NCBI RefSeq assembly: GCF_000400465.1
Contig: NW_008806284.1
Coordinates: forward strand, 20,001 to 268,000
Length of the DNA stretch: 248,000 nucleotides
DNA from: Wallemia ichthyophaga EXF-994
Taxonomy: Eukaryota; Fungi; Basidiomycota
Reading direction: 5' to 3'
Part shown: one piece after another, positions 70,550 through 83,699 of the stretch
How positions within the stretch are numbered: position 1 is the stretch's first letter
Layout: each line of letters opens with the position of its first letter
Made by a program: the position numbers and the translations under genes
Notes under the pieces: model-generated
What the model was told of the DNA's origin: nothing
Databases searched by the model: none
The model's input: only the letters and a program-made list of their open reading frames with translations

Positions 70550-73200
70550 TAATATAACGACGATGTAATTATTCTATGTATTCTATCCATTATACCACCT
70601 CCTTCCTTTCCAACTACACGCTCATCCACCCCGACTGTCGCGCCACGTCTCGTATGCTGTGAGCATCTCTTGCGTGATGCGCCGACGCACGTTCCAGCAA
70701 GCCTGCACAAAGTGCTCCTTGCGTACATAAGCAGCGTGGAGATCCTGCTGCATTGCGCGCATCGCTGCATCTTGACAGACGCTGACTATCTCAGCACCAC
70801 TGCATCCCTGTGTCTGTATGGGGTGTTAGAATACCCCACTCAACGAGACAACCACCAACCATAACAGCCAACTCGTCAACATTCACACCCTCTTCCACTG
70901 CCATCTTGCTCAGTCGTATACTGAACAGCTCCCTGCGCGCTTCCAGCTCAGGTGGGCCGACGTAGCTGTGATTGTTTTTGTTAGTCTTTTGCTCGCAGAG
71001 GAGGGAGGAGAAAGGTGAGTGGATGCTACTCACATAATACGGTCAAGCCTTCCTGGACGCATGAGGGCGGAATCCTGTCGAGCAAATGAGTGAGTGAGCA
71101 AGTAAACAAACAAGTTGTTTATGCGTGCGCAATGCAATCACTCCGTCAGACTTACGATGACTTGTGGTTTATTCGTAGCAGCTAGAACAGTGACACCATT
71201 GAGTTCCTCTATGCCGTCCATCTGGTCATTGCGCGCGTCAGTCGGGTGTCTAAAGCTGACTACAATGTGCTATAAACCCACCTCATTGAGCATGCTTGCT
71301 ACCATGCCCGACGTTGTAGATGTGTTGTCATCACGCGCAGCTGCAATGCTGTCCATTTCATCCTGTCAGTGAGTGGTTGAGATGTGTAAGAGGTGAGAGA
71401 ATGGAGTTAAAGTGACGCACAAAAAAGATTATTGACGGCGCGGCTGCGCGGGCTTTGGCAAAAATATCACGAATAGCTTTCTCAGACCCGCCAACGAATT
71501 TGTCAAGCAGCTGTGTAGTATTAGCCATACCGACAACACCTCCACACGCATGTCATACTCACCTCTGGTCCCTTAACAGCGAGAAAATTGATTCCGCTTT
71601 CCCCCGCGAGAGCCTTTGCAGCGAGAGTTTTACTACACCCCGGTGGACCGTAGAGCAGCACGCCTCTGGGCGGTGTGAGGCCGAGGCGAGAGAAAGTATT
71701 TGCGTGGCTGAGTGGCCACATGACACTCTGCGTCAGCTGCTTCTTGACCTCTTCCTGTCCTGCTATATCACCGAAGCGAATCTCGGGGATGGTGAGCTGC
71801 ACGGATCGCAGAGCGGACGGGCGGATATGAGGAAGGCTATCGAGGAGATCCGTGTGTGTGAGATACGCCGATTGCTTACCTAAGATAGCACGCTTGATTG
71901 CAGTAGTAGATGCAGCGCGCACGAGAGATGCGAGATCCGCTCCAACAAATCCATGCGTCTTGCTTGCGACCGAGCGCAGATGCGTGTCGGAGGTTTGTGT
72001 GGGCATGTGTGCGAGCAGGTTGTGCAGAATCTCTAATCGCTGCGTCGAGTCAGGGATTCCCACTTCTATCTCCCGGTCGAGTCTACCGGGTCTGCGCAGC
72101 GCATCGTCGAGCGCATTCGGCCTGTTGGTAGTGCCTATCAGGAACACCTTGGCGTGGGCGGCGTCATTGCTTTTATTCATCCCGTCTAGCTCTGTCAGGA
72201 GAGTCGCTACTACCCGCTTCTCCACCTCGCCCGTGCTGCCGTCGCCATCGCGCGATGGACACAGCGTGTCGAGCTCGTCTATCACTACTATCACGCCCGC
72301 CTCATCAAGCGAACGCGCGTGTTGAAATACACGCCGCAAATTGTCCTCTGTCTCGCCGTGGTACGCGGATGACAGCTCAGGCCCGTTGACTAGTAAAATC
72401 GGCAGCTGCAGAAGCGTCGCGGCAGATCGAGCGAGCAGCGTCTTACCGGTTCCTGGAGGGCCGTGGAGGAGGAGACCTTTGGGCGGAGAGATTGCAAATT
72501 GGTTGAAAAGGTCTGGGTGCTTGAGGGGGAGACCTATGAGGTCAGATATCTCGCCAATTTGGCGTGATAGACCGCCTATAACAGGAGGATCCGAGGAAGG
72601 ACGAATCAAAGTTGCTTGTGATGTAACCGCTTCACGTTTGTCGGATTGGGTGGACAAATTGATGGCGGTTGTCGGGGTGACTTGATAGACAGCGTGTGTG
72701 TCATCGAGGGAGAGGTGTTGGAGAGATAGAGAAGGGCTTATATCTTGTATGGTTAGGTGATTGAGCTTGGATTTGAAGTGGAGTGACACCACCAAACCGG
72801 ATTTAACGAATTGGAGCTGAGTAACGTAATCACGCACGAGAGCGCTGAGAAGACGCGTCTGTCTATCGTCGAGAGGGAGATTAGTGAGGATAGAGAGTGA
72901 ATCGATTTCGATGAAATTTAGATGGCTGAGATCGGGGGAGAAGGAGGCATCGACGGTGCCATCTACGCTGCCATTAACACTCCCGGACAACTGGTTAAAC
73001 AGAGGAAAATGAACACCAATTTGATCCGATTCGATAGATGTATTCCCGGGCCAAGCGGTACCTATCACGAAGCGATCACCGGCGGAAACTCGGACAAGTT
73101 GGGAGATGGATAGGCGAGAGTCGCGGAGAATACTATTGTGTAGATAGACACGCTTGAGGTGTTTGGTGGTTGGAGGAGTACCGAGGTTTACAAGGATCAT
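70550..73200 (-). CDS. AFG2: AAA ATPase Afg2/Drg1
   Basis: [31 protein letters not shown]. Confidence 0.88.
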
Positions 73201-73402
73201 GGGAGTGGGGGAGAGAGAGTATGGAAATACAGAAATAATAAATAAGGTATAAACATAATAATAGTTATACATATTTATCGATTATGTCACAATTGATTCA
73301 TTTCGTTCGTAGATATCGTCATCGGGTCACGTGAAACCTCGGCGGAACCATAAATTAAGCGATGTATTCCGACTCGACATTCCTTGTAGAAACACAATCA
73401 AA

Positions 73403-73858
73403 ATGAGCCACAATTTGGAAGTGAGTTGGATGTTTGCGGGTGGATACACGCTTACAGGGTTCATAGCACAACAACCACAACATTCTCGCTGAAGCTGACC
73501 AACTCGCAAAGGGAGTGGGTTCCAATGGGTTATGCAGCCACAGCCACCCACTAACACCCTTATAGCCACGCTTTGACAACAATTCACTCACTCAACTTGA
73601 ATCACTCGCTGTATGTTGTAATCAGTCACTCTTCTCACGCTAACAATCAAATTAGAACGAAAGAGCTAATTTAGTGCACATGCACAGGAAGCTTGATGAG
73701 AATACTGAAGAGGATGTCACTAGCGTGGGTTTCCTTGTTTTGCCCTTTCAATCCCACTCAAACTGATCAAACAGGTCCACCTCTACGGTCAACGCGCTCG
73801 TGGTTTATCAATTGGGCACGAATATATCCACCGTCAATCCATCTCAAATGATAACTAA
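73403..73858 (+). CDS. Tiny multi-exon hypothetical protein
   Basis: Canonical introns join MSHNLE...PRFDNNSLTQLESLA...RKLDENTEEDVTS...HRQSISNDN*. Confidence 0.4.
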
Positions 73859-74008
73859 CTTTATGTAATCACCACTGTATATTTAACCCAGCGATGAATA
73901 TTTTCACCTTTTATAAGAAAATCTTCATTTAAAGTTGTCAAACATTGTTAAGGTTATCAAAATCTGTCAATATACGCACTACAATAATAACAGTTTATTT
74001 AACCTTGC

Positions 74009-74518
74009 TTAGAACTTTGCGAAAGCCTTAGCAGCAGCCTTGTTCTTGATGACACGGAGGACGTTGAATCTAACAGTCTTTGAGAGTGGACGGCATTGGC
74101 CAACGACGACCGAGTCACCTGCTTCAATACGGAATGCAGGTGATGCGTGCACTGGGAGGTTCTTGTGACGCTTCTCGTATCTGTTGTACTTTGGTACGTA
74201 GTGGAGGTATTCTCTTCTAATGACAATAGTACGTGTCATCTTGGTAGAGACAACCTTTCCAGTCAAGATACGTCCTCTGATTGAAACTTCACCGGTCCAT
74301 GGGCACTTCTTGTCGATGTAAGTTCCAGTGATAGCATCTTGAGGCGTCTTGAAGCCTAAGCCGACGTCCTTGTACCAACGACGGTCCTTGGTAACCTTCT
74401 TGTTACCGCGGGTCTTTGAGTTTTGGAAGATAGGTTGCTGTATCCCATGTCAGCTGCGTTTCCTCATCCCCTATTCCTCTCCTACCTTTGGGAAAGTCTT
74501 GAGATTTTGTGCCTCCAT
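74009..74518 (-). CDS. RPS11: 40S ribosomal protein S11 (uS17)
   Basis: [34 protein letters not shown]. Confidence 0.96.
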
Positions 74519-74715
74519 CACGCCTATCAACTCTTTGCGACTTAGCGACTGCCTGAGAAGAAGAAACGATGGTCAGCACTCAGATTTTACGCTCACAATC
74601 AAAAATTCAATTCGACTTTATTTCTCAATATTTCTTTTTTCTCGTTGCTGCTCGTTACAATTATTCTTTTATTTCTTCTTCTTTCCTCTTTTATTCGCCT
74701 TGATTGCTTGCCTTT

Positions 74716-77172
74716 CTAATCATTCACCCAAACGCTATTCGAGCACGCAACTAAATGATTGAACGCATCATCTCGTCTAGCTACGTTTGTTAGTCTCATC
74801 ACCTTGATTTCTTCCCCTTCTTCCCAGCTCACTTCAAGTCCACTCGACACCTCCACACCCACTCTTAGACTGCTGTGCTTGCTAATCCCAACCAGCGCAT
74901 CCAGCCCTACCACCACATTCGGTCCCTTGAATGGTTTGAATGTTAGCTCACTTGAGCTGAGTACGAGTGTACCTGGTGAGCTCTTTAGTATCCCAAAGTG
75001 ACTCGATTTCAGCGGTAGATAGGCTAAGCGTGAAGGTTCCAATCCAATGCTGCGTTTTGTTGTCATCACAGAGCTATTATCTTCATCGTTTTCATTATCG
75101 TTGCCCGTCAGTAATCGTGTTGTGCGCTCCGAATCACCATCGTTGCGACTAGCCCAGACTTCTCTAGCTTGACGCACAAACACACCTTTGTCGCCATTCA
75201 CGACTTGGCTCAGCATGTCTGTACCACGCTCCGCTGCTTTTCCACCTTGCTTGAGGGACGATGCTAAACGAGACCATTTGCTGCCCTTCTTTGGACTCTT
75301 CACCTGAGCATCTGCGTTTGCATCTGCATCTACATCGCTATCACCATCCCCTGATGCAGCAGTATTGTTCTCTTTGTCGTCGCCTTTGTCACTTTCTTGG
75401 GTGATGCTCAGATCAGCTGTGCTCTTCTTCGCCTTCTCCTTCTCCTTCTCCGCCTTGTCTTTCTTACTGTTGCTCTTGGCGAATGGATCGACGAGAACAG
75501 GTAGAGGCTCATTTCTGCGTACTCGCTCACGCATCACGCTCAATGCATACTGTGCATCTGTTGGCACTTCGGGTATGTTCCACGCCATGCGTCTGTAGCG
75601 AGGGTAGTGAATCGTAATGGGTATACCGACGAGAACGAGCAATCCAAGTCCTGCCAATGCGCCTCTAACCAATGCTGCGTGTGATATAAACTGCAATCCA
75701 ACGATTGCGGGTAATAGAGCTCTCAAGACAAAGTTGCGACTAGCTTTTGGGTTTCTCCAGAGGTATAAACTGTGAGTGACATGTGAGTTTATCTTTCGTC
75801 ACATGCTTCAGATCAACTACACTCACTTTTTCATCTTTTCCACAAAATCGGCTAGGTCTCCAGTCACTAATTGAATTTCACGTCCGTGGGACTGCGTGAT
75901 AGCTTTGTAGGCTTCTTTCATATTTTTCTCGCGCTTGCCTGGAGCGTTTGTACCTTCTGCGCTCAGACCGTACTCTTCCTCGAGTTCGACTATCTCTCGC
76001 GCGCGCTCGTGTTCATCCTTTCGACTGGCCAGCTGGGAGGAGGAGGTTGGGGGAAAGATTCTCCTCGCCACGAGCGCAATCAGCGCACCGCCGAGCGCAA
76101 CATTCAGCAGCATATCGGACATGACGAGGATGAGGTACACAACCAACACTGCAAATGTCACAGCACGGTTCTTCCACATAACTACATCACCAAAGCATTT
76201 CATACCTTCCGCGACAGCGTTACCGGAGAGATTGACATACAGACGCTCGACATTCGACACAAGCTTGGCGTATCTGAACTTTTGGTGTGGGTTCTGATCC
76301 AGCTCGACCGGAAGGTATTGCTCAGCCTTGAAGAGAAACCAGGCTAGGCCGTAGGCGAGGTAGTCTACGCGTTGCTGTGGGTTTTTTTCATCTTCATTTT
76401 CGTCTGCGTCCGTGTCTTGGTTTTGGTCTTGGTCTTTCTCTTTCTCTTTCTGTGTGTCCTCCTTCTCACCCTGCACATCAACCAAGTTGGTGGTGCTGTG
76501 CGAGTAGACATCTGCGCTGGACCACGCACCCTCCTCGTGGTCAGCACCGTCGCGCGTCTCGTGGTTAATATCATCCACAAACCCGTCATTCGCTGCCTTG
76601 TCCTCGTACTGCTTCCTCTCAACTTCCACATCTGCTTCTTCCTTACGCTTTGCTGCTGCTAATGTCCTCTCCTTGAGCAGCTGTGCTTCAGTCTTGTACG
76701 CGTAGTCACTCAACTTGGGTGCGTCCGTGTACGATTTGTACGCCTCGCTCGAGCTGTATGCCGCTGAGACGGAGCTGATATGTCTGCCGAAGAAGGTGAG
76801 GTAGTTAGCGATAAAGTAGTCATCGATGTTTTTATCGGCTGTTTGCGTCATCGAGGGTGATGTTGTGGATGCCGTGGATGTCGCTGGTGCTGGTGCGTTG
76901 GACTGTCTAGCGGCGACATTTTGGTGGAGACGGGGAGCAGATTGCTTAGATGCTACGGAGTGCACGGACTTTCCACCGCTCTCAGCCTTGTCTTGTGATG
77001 ATGATGCCGTTTTCGATGGAGGCGCTACGTACGAGCCTGGGGCTTGGGTGGATGAGCTCATAGAAGCTTCATAATTGCTATCTCCGTCGTATTCCTGCTT
77101 TGAGAGCTGCAAAGCTGTTTGGAGCTGTGGATGGTGAGATTTGGAGATATGGGGAGCCAGCAAAGCATACAT
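74716..77172 (-). CDS. Membrane protein with C-terminal GRAM-like domain
   Basis: TM hairpin region; PGTLVLSSSELTF GRAM-like; RRDDAFNHLV. Confidence 0.6.
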
Positions 77173-77410
77173 CGTCGTCTTGCTGTTGTAGAGAGTCTCT
77201 TGAGGGCAATGGAGGCTTATCTGACATGGCAGTTTGTAAGAAACGAATGAAAGAGATGTGCAGATACAGCAGCGATACACGACCCACACAACTCGTTGTT
77301 ACCAAATAAATGATAAAAATGATATATTTTATTATTTATAGAAATCCTCCACAAAACACAAAAAAACCCTTTATCCCCGACAATCACTGCTTGTGCGTTC
77401 TTTGTATCGC

Positions 77411-79603
77411 ATGGAGGTGGAAAGTACGCAAAATAAAAATACAAGCGAATTTTACGCACAGAATGCACAGAAGAAGCCAAGTAGATCTTCGAAGGCTTGC
77501 TTGGAGTGCAGATCAATGAAATCTCGTTGTAACGGTGACGGTGTCCATTCATGCGAGCGGTGCACGAAACGAGGCGTGAATTGCGTCTATGAGCAGACAG
77601 TGAGGAGAAGAGGCAAAGATAAGAGGCCGAGGGTTGTAACAAAGCGTTTGAAATCCGAGTCATGTGATTTTGAACCAATGACCAACAAGCGTTTGAGGCA
77701 CACGCACAGCCATTCATCCGATAGCGTGGATGGCAACACGGCCGACAACGCCGACGTATCCCACAATGCCGATAACTCTTTCCAGCATTTGACTCACTCT
77801 CCTCAACCAATTAGCGGATCAATTGGCGCACCTCCACAACCTCCACCTCCCCCACGTTATAATCACAGTGCTGCACCTGAAGTTATCAATGGAACCTCCT
77901 TTATTCCATCGCAAACACAGATTTCACCTCACTCAGCTCATTCTCCTCTCTCTCCTCACTCTCCCATCCTAATTACTCCGAATATGAACTACCAACGAGA
78001 AAGCTTTTGGGATATCTTGATTACGGATAGGTGCACCACTCACAACCTCAAAGACAGAGCCAAGGCCACAAAACTCATTTCCAGCGACTTGTGGTTCACA
78101 TTTTCACGCTGTGATTTCATAACCACTCTCTTTAATATGCACAAGTTCTTCGATAACCTGAGCTGCTCAAGTAAACGATACAACGCCGAGCCTTCCCTCA
78201 TTCAAGCTCTTCTCGCTATCAGCCATACCTTACAAGGTCAATTCCAACTGGCTTACCTCATGGCTGACCGTGCACACTCCTCACTTCGCACTGCAATGAT
78301 GACTGGCAGGTTCACCGTAGGCATAGCTCAAAGTGCAATCGTGCGTTTACTTATCCCTTTGTCCCCTGTCTCACCTGTCTCATCTTCCCATTAGGTACTC
78401 CAATATTACGAATCATTCCCACTCGGAACTTTCAACATTAAGAGGGTCGCTGCACCCCTATATGCCGCAGACGCTGTCATAAAGAACCTTGCTCTCACCT
78501 GCTTGGACGCAGATAAAGTTTCTCATGTGTTCGATGATGACGCTATACCAATTAGTACCTCAGACCCTCAATTTTCGGGTCAAGATCTAAATTTAGCTCC
78601 AAGCAAGTCACATCATCACCCTTCTTGTCCCTGTGAGTCATGGTCCATACCCGCTCACATGACACGCAAAGAGGAATCTGTCCGCTTCAGGCACATACCC
78701 AAGTTCTCCATCGATGATACTCAAGTTCCTGACTCAGATATTCAACAAGAGGAAATCAGGAGGGTGGTCTGGGGTACTGCCAACAATGGTTGGTATTTAC
78801 AGATGCTCGATCCACATGCAGTTTCTACATTGCATACATCCCAAGCGTCCAACTATGGTGTATTTTATACTGCCGAATCTTTCATTCTCTCAATACCTGA
78901 CGATGGAATGAAGAGTTGGTCGAGGTACACGTTGTGGGCCTTTTTGGATAGATTAAAACTGTTATGCCATGCAGCTACAAGATTATCACGTAGCCTTCCT
79001 CCATTCGAGTTGCACATGCGAGCTAGCAAGATATGCAGTGAGGTTGAAAAGATTGAAAGTGATTTAAATGCACTACACAGTTGTCATAGAGGTGTTCACG
79101 GTTGGCATGTCAGCAATGTTGCATTCATTACTCGACTGATTCTCACTGCTAAAACTCGTCAGTTCACTAATGCTAATGTTACCAATTTGCAGAAAAATGC
79201 TTCTGTTCCATCTGCTTATTACACGCGCCAACGTGCTCGTGAATGGTTGGATGCACATTCGTTGATTTGGGATAATGTCATCAATAAGCATTCAATTAAG
79301 AGACAGCCAATGATCTTCGTTGCTTTGGTTTGCCAAGCTCTCCGCTGTCTAGATTTGTTAGCCCTCGACTCAGCTTTCACAAGGGCAATATATGTTGCAA
79401 GAAGTTTGCTCAAAGGGATTGATGAGATGATATCAATTTACCCCATCAAAGAGTCGGCAGACATTAATAGAATATTGCTCAAAGTTCACATGAATTGTGA
79501 TGAATTGGAGACCCGCACTAACGTAGCGCCATACCATACTGCAGATAACCACGCTGCGGAGCTCTTACTAGAAAATCTCAAGAAGATTAAGAGTGAACCG
79601 TAG
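77411..79603 (+). CDS. Zn2Cys6 transcription factor
   Basis: ACLECRSMKSRCNG..SCERCTKRGVNCVY. Confidence 0.9.
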
Positions 79604-79891
79604 TGATTAGTTAGATATATAACCATCTCACAAAATCTCATTAATTCACGGGCTTTTCTTTTTCAAATTTACGAGACATGAACAAGACAAAAAGGAAAAA
79701 GAAAAAAAAAAAATCAAATTAGCTGCATTTGACACACACGGATTACGGAAGCAGTCAAGTTTCACTAATTCATTCTTCTAGACAAATTGATATCTTTGTA
79801 TGTACTGAATAAACAATATATTAGAATCTTTGATAGTGTGAAAGAAATTTTCCGCGATTGATGCTACAACTGAGTAGAGATGACTAGAGAA

Positions 79892-81480
79892 TCAAGTGGT
79901 GACTTGCATATTCCCGACGCCGTTTGTTACATTTGCAACACTGTCAACGTGTGAGTGCTCGCTGTTGGTGTTATTGGTGTTGCTATTGCTATTGCTGTTG
80001 CTGTTACTATCGCCGGAGTGAAGGTATTGCTGCTGTTGCTGAAATTGACGCTTCTGCTGCCCAGCTCTGACACCACCTCTTCTGACGAAATCACGCATCC
80101 GACGCACCTCCTCCTCGACTCTATCGAGTACTACGCCGCAGAATGCCTCACCATCCCTTAACAAATCGCCATCAGCAGCAGGAGGAGCGGCGAAAGCAGC
80201 TTCTAGAGAACGTGTAGTAGATTCTTGAAGAGATGCGAACAGCTTTGCAGTTGATCTCCGCAAAGCTGATGATGCGGGTGGAGGAAGCATTTCGTTATCG
80301 TAGATATCATCGTCGATCATATTATCATCGTCATCTTCATCATTCTCGTCATCATCGTCACTATCATCCATCGGCTCTGCATCTGAAACCCACACCCACT
80401 TTCCACCCTCGGCCATCACCCACTCACGGTCTTCGTCAACACCGCATTCTGGATCAAATTGCGTTGGTTTCCACGCTTCTTCAACCTCCCACCTTTGCCA
80501 ATCGCTGGGTGGACCAACGTCTGCACCCAATCCGAGAACCTCAACGAGCCCCAAACCATCGCGGTCTTTGCCCCACAGCTTATTGTCGATCTCGAGTCTG
80601 GAGAGGTGAGGGAAGAGGGGTAAAAAGTGCATGAAATAAGCCCTAAATGGCATGGATGTTGTGTCATCAGCGCCGTCTAAAGTGGGCGGAATGCGAGGAT
80701 TTCTACTAGGCGGAAATGATCCATTGAGAATGAGAGTGTGTAAGTTACGCGAAGGATGAATAAGATGAAAGAGACCGTGGGGGGAAGTCCACATGACGTT
80801 GCGCAGTTCAAGAAAGCGGATTTCAGAGAGAGAAGTGTTACGATCAGCGAGGAAAGAGTGATTGCTGGTAGAGTGAGTGTCTGTCAAGTTAACGTTAACC
80901 AAACGCAAGCTTTGTAGCGAGGTGTTTCGTCGTAAAACAAGTGTCAAAGCGTCTGACGATATCGACGGAAGGTTTGAAAGGTTGAGTGATGTGAGGAGAG
81001 TGAGACTGTCGCTCTTAGGCGGCAAGAGGCTACTCAAATTGAATCGCCAGCTGAGTCCGTTTAGTGAGAGGTGTGTTAGCGAATTTGGTAGATTTGCGAA
81101 TAAACTAGGTGGTAGGTACACGCTTGGAAGTGATAGCTGGGATTTAAGTGAGTTTAGACAGCATATGCAGACACTCTACTCACATCTAATCCACGCAGTT
81201 GCTGCGCTGGTCCTATACATCGACTTATGAGACGTCCTAATCGACCATCGGCTTTAGCGCCTACAGGAGCCTCACCACGCCAGTGCGTCGCTTCTGCCCA
81301 ATCACCATCGACTTTAAACCACTTCAAGGCCTGGGCTGGCGTCCAATCTTTCTCCAGGTACTCCCCATACGCAACAACAGCGGCTAAAGTGGGAAGATGG
81401 AGCGCGCTGGGTGCTGGAGTTGTACGATAGAGACTGGTGTACACGGGCGGCGTCTTCTTTGTTGGGGTCTGCGTCGGCAT
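79892..81480 (-). CDS. LRR (possibly F-box) protein
   Basis: Repeated LxxLxLxxL units; acidic tail. Confidence 0.55.
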
Positions 81481-81658
81481 CGTCTGCCAAAGATTAATTT
81501 TGATCTAAGCTGTTTGGTATCGAAGAGTGGCTGCGTGGATTAATAGAAAGCGAGGCTTATAATTTTATAGGGAACAAATCAATTTTACTAGGAGCTATTG
81601 AAGGAGCTGTGATTGCTAATAACTTGTAGCTTATCAACCACCACCACTAGCACCAGCA

Positions 81659-83559
81659 ATGGGCAGATCAGAGAAATTGTATGTCACACAGAGCGAGTGG
81701 AGTGGAGAGAAGGGCCAGCATCTTAGATCTAAAGGCGCTTTCAATCCAATGCACAACGCAGAAGCAGGATTCAAGCCATTGCCATTCGATTGTTGCGCAT
81801 TGAGTCTAGCGCCTTTTGAAAATCCAGTGATGATCAAGGAAACTGGCACTGTGTTTGACCTTATAAATATCCTACCTTACATTAGAAAATACCACTCAAA
81901 TCCAGCTTCCGGGAATCCAACCACTATTAAAGACCTTATCAAGCTTCATTATCATAAGAATGCAACAGGCGACTATTACGATCCTGTGACCTTCAAAACC
82001 TTTAACCAGCACACTCATATTGTTGCTATTGCCTCCTCTGGAAACGTTTTCTCTTTCGATGCTATCGATAAGCTCAACATTAAGGCTAAATGTAGGTTTT
82101 TGTAATCACACACAACTCTTTCTAACACCGCCGTAGTCTGGGAGGATCTTCTCACTGGCCAGCCATTCACCAAAGCTGATATCGTCACTCTTCAAGACCC
82201 TCGCAATCCACCCAATTTGAACGAGTTGGAATTCATTAAGAACAAGAAAATCGTTTCTGATAAGGAAGCTGATGAAGTACTCAATGACCCACTCGGAACT
82301 ATCAACGTTAATGCAACTGGTGGTGCCAGTGCTCTCCTCAAGAAAATCTCAGATAAGCAAAACGAAGGCAAAGAAACGAGCGACAGTCAGTCAACAGACA
82401 ATAGCCACTTGGTGAAAGCACCCACGCATTTCCCCAAAACTGGTAACCAACCAGCCAGTGGATCACTCACTGGTGTGAAAGCCTACAACGCTGCGAAACA
82501 CAGCACAGGCCGCACAGCTGCCTCCTTCACATCCACCATACTAGATCCACAATCACGCAACGAATCAGCCCTGATAGATGAGGATGAGCTTATGTTCGAA
82601 GAGGTAGAGAAACTAGCTGGTGCACGCGGGAAAGACAAGGCAAAAGGAAAAGCCTACGTACGCATAGTAACAAACCACGGCTCTCTCAATGTAGAGCTAC
82701 ATTGTGAAAAAGCTCCAAAAACTTGCTATAATTGGCTCATGTTAGCACGCGGTCGCAAATACGACGGTGTGTCATTCCACCGCAATATCCCAGGATTCAT
82801 GATTCAGGGTGGAGACCCGTCTGGTACAGGACGCGGTGGGGAGTCTTTCTACGGTAACCCATTCGGCGATGAGTATGACCGTAAAGGTGCCTATAAGCAT
82901 GATGCACGCGGTGTATTTGCAATGGCAAATGCTGGCCCTTCCACAAACACTTCACAATTCTTCATAACATATAGACCTACACCGCATCTCGATGGAAAAC
83001 ACACAGTCTTCGGCCATCTCGTTGGCGGGATGGACACACTGGCCAGTCTCGAATCTATACAGGTCGATAAGGCGACAAGTAGACCTATGCGTACTATTAG
83101 AATGGAGGAAATTCAAATGTGGGTCATAACGTCGATTACTTGGTAGAGATTCTCTTCTCACCTCGCACACATTATAGCTTCTCGGATCCGTTCGAAGAAT
83201 ACAAAGCTAATTTGGCGAACCGTATGAAGAGGGAAAGAGGGGATTACGCAGATGAGGAAAGGAAAGCACGCATGAAAGCGAATAAAGAGAAAAACAGGAC
83301 GACGTGGTGAGTTTAAATGTCTTTCAAAATGCTGATATACTCATCAACCCACAGGTTTGGTACGGATCTTGGTGAAAAGCAAATTAGGTCGCAGCCCGCT
83401 ACCAAGGAAGATGACAACATGAAGGAGCTGCTAGGTGGTACTGGCGGAGGAGGTGTTGGAAAATACCTCTCTCTCAAACGACCCGCTAATCCTGATGCTG
83501 GGGTGCCGCCAAAGAAAAAGAAGGATAGGAGTGGATTCAGTGATTTCAGCTCGTGGTAA
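81659..83559 (+). CDS. U-box cyclophilin PPIL2/Cyp60
   Basis: LPFDCCALSL..FENPV; FHRNIPGFMIQGGDPSGTGRGG. Confidence 0.92.
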
Positions 83560-83699
83560 TGTCTTGTTTTGTGACTTGAATCACATTTGTACGTATAGTA
83601 TACATATTGAGTGTAATAAAAGTAATTTCAAATATAGATCTTGGTTAATCACTTTCCGCGAAAACGATGTGATGTCAAAATGGAATATGGCGGATAAAT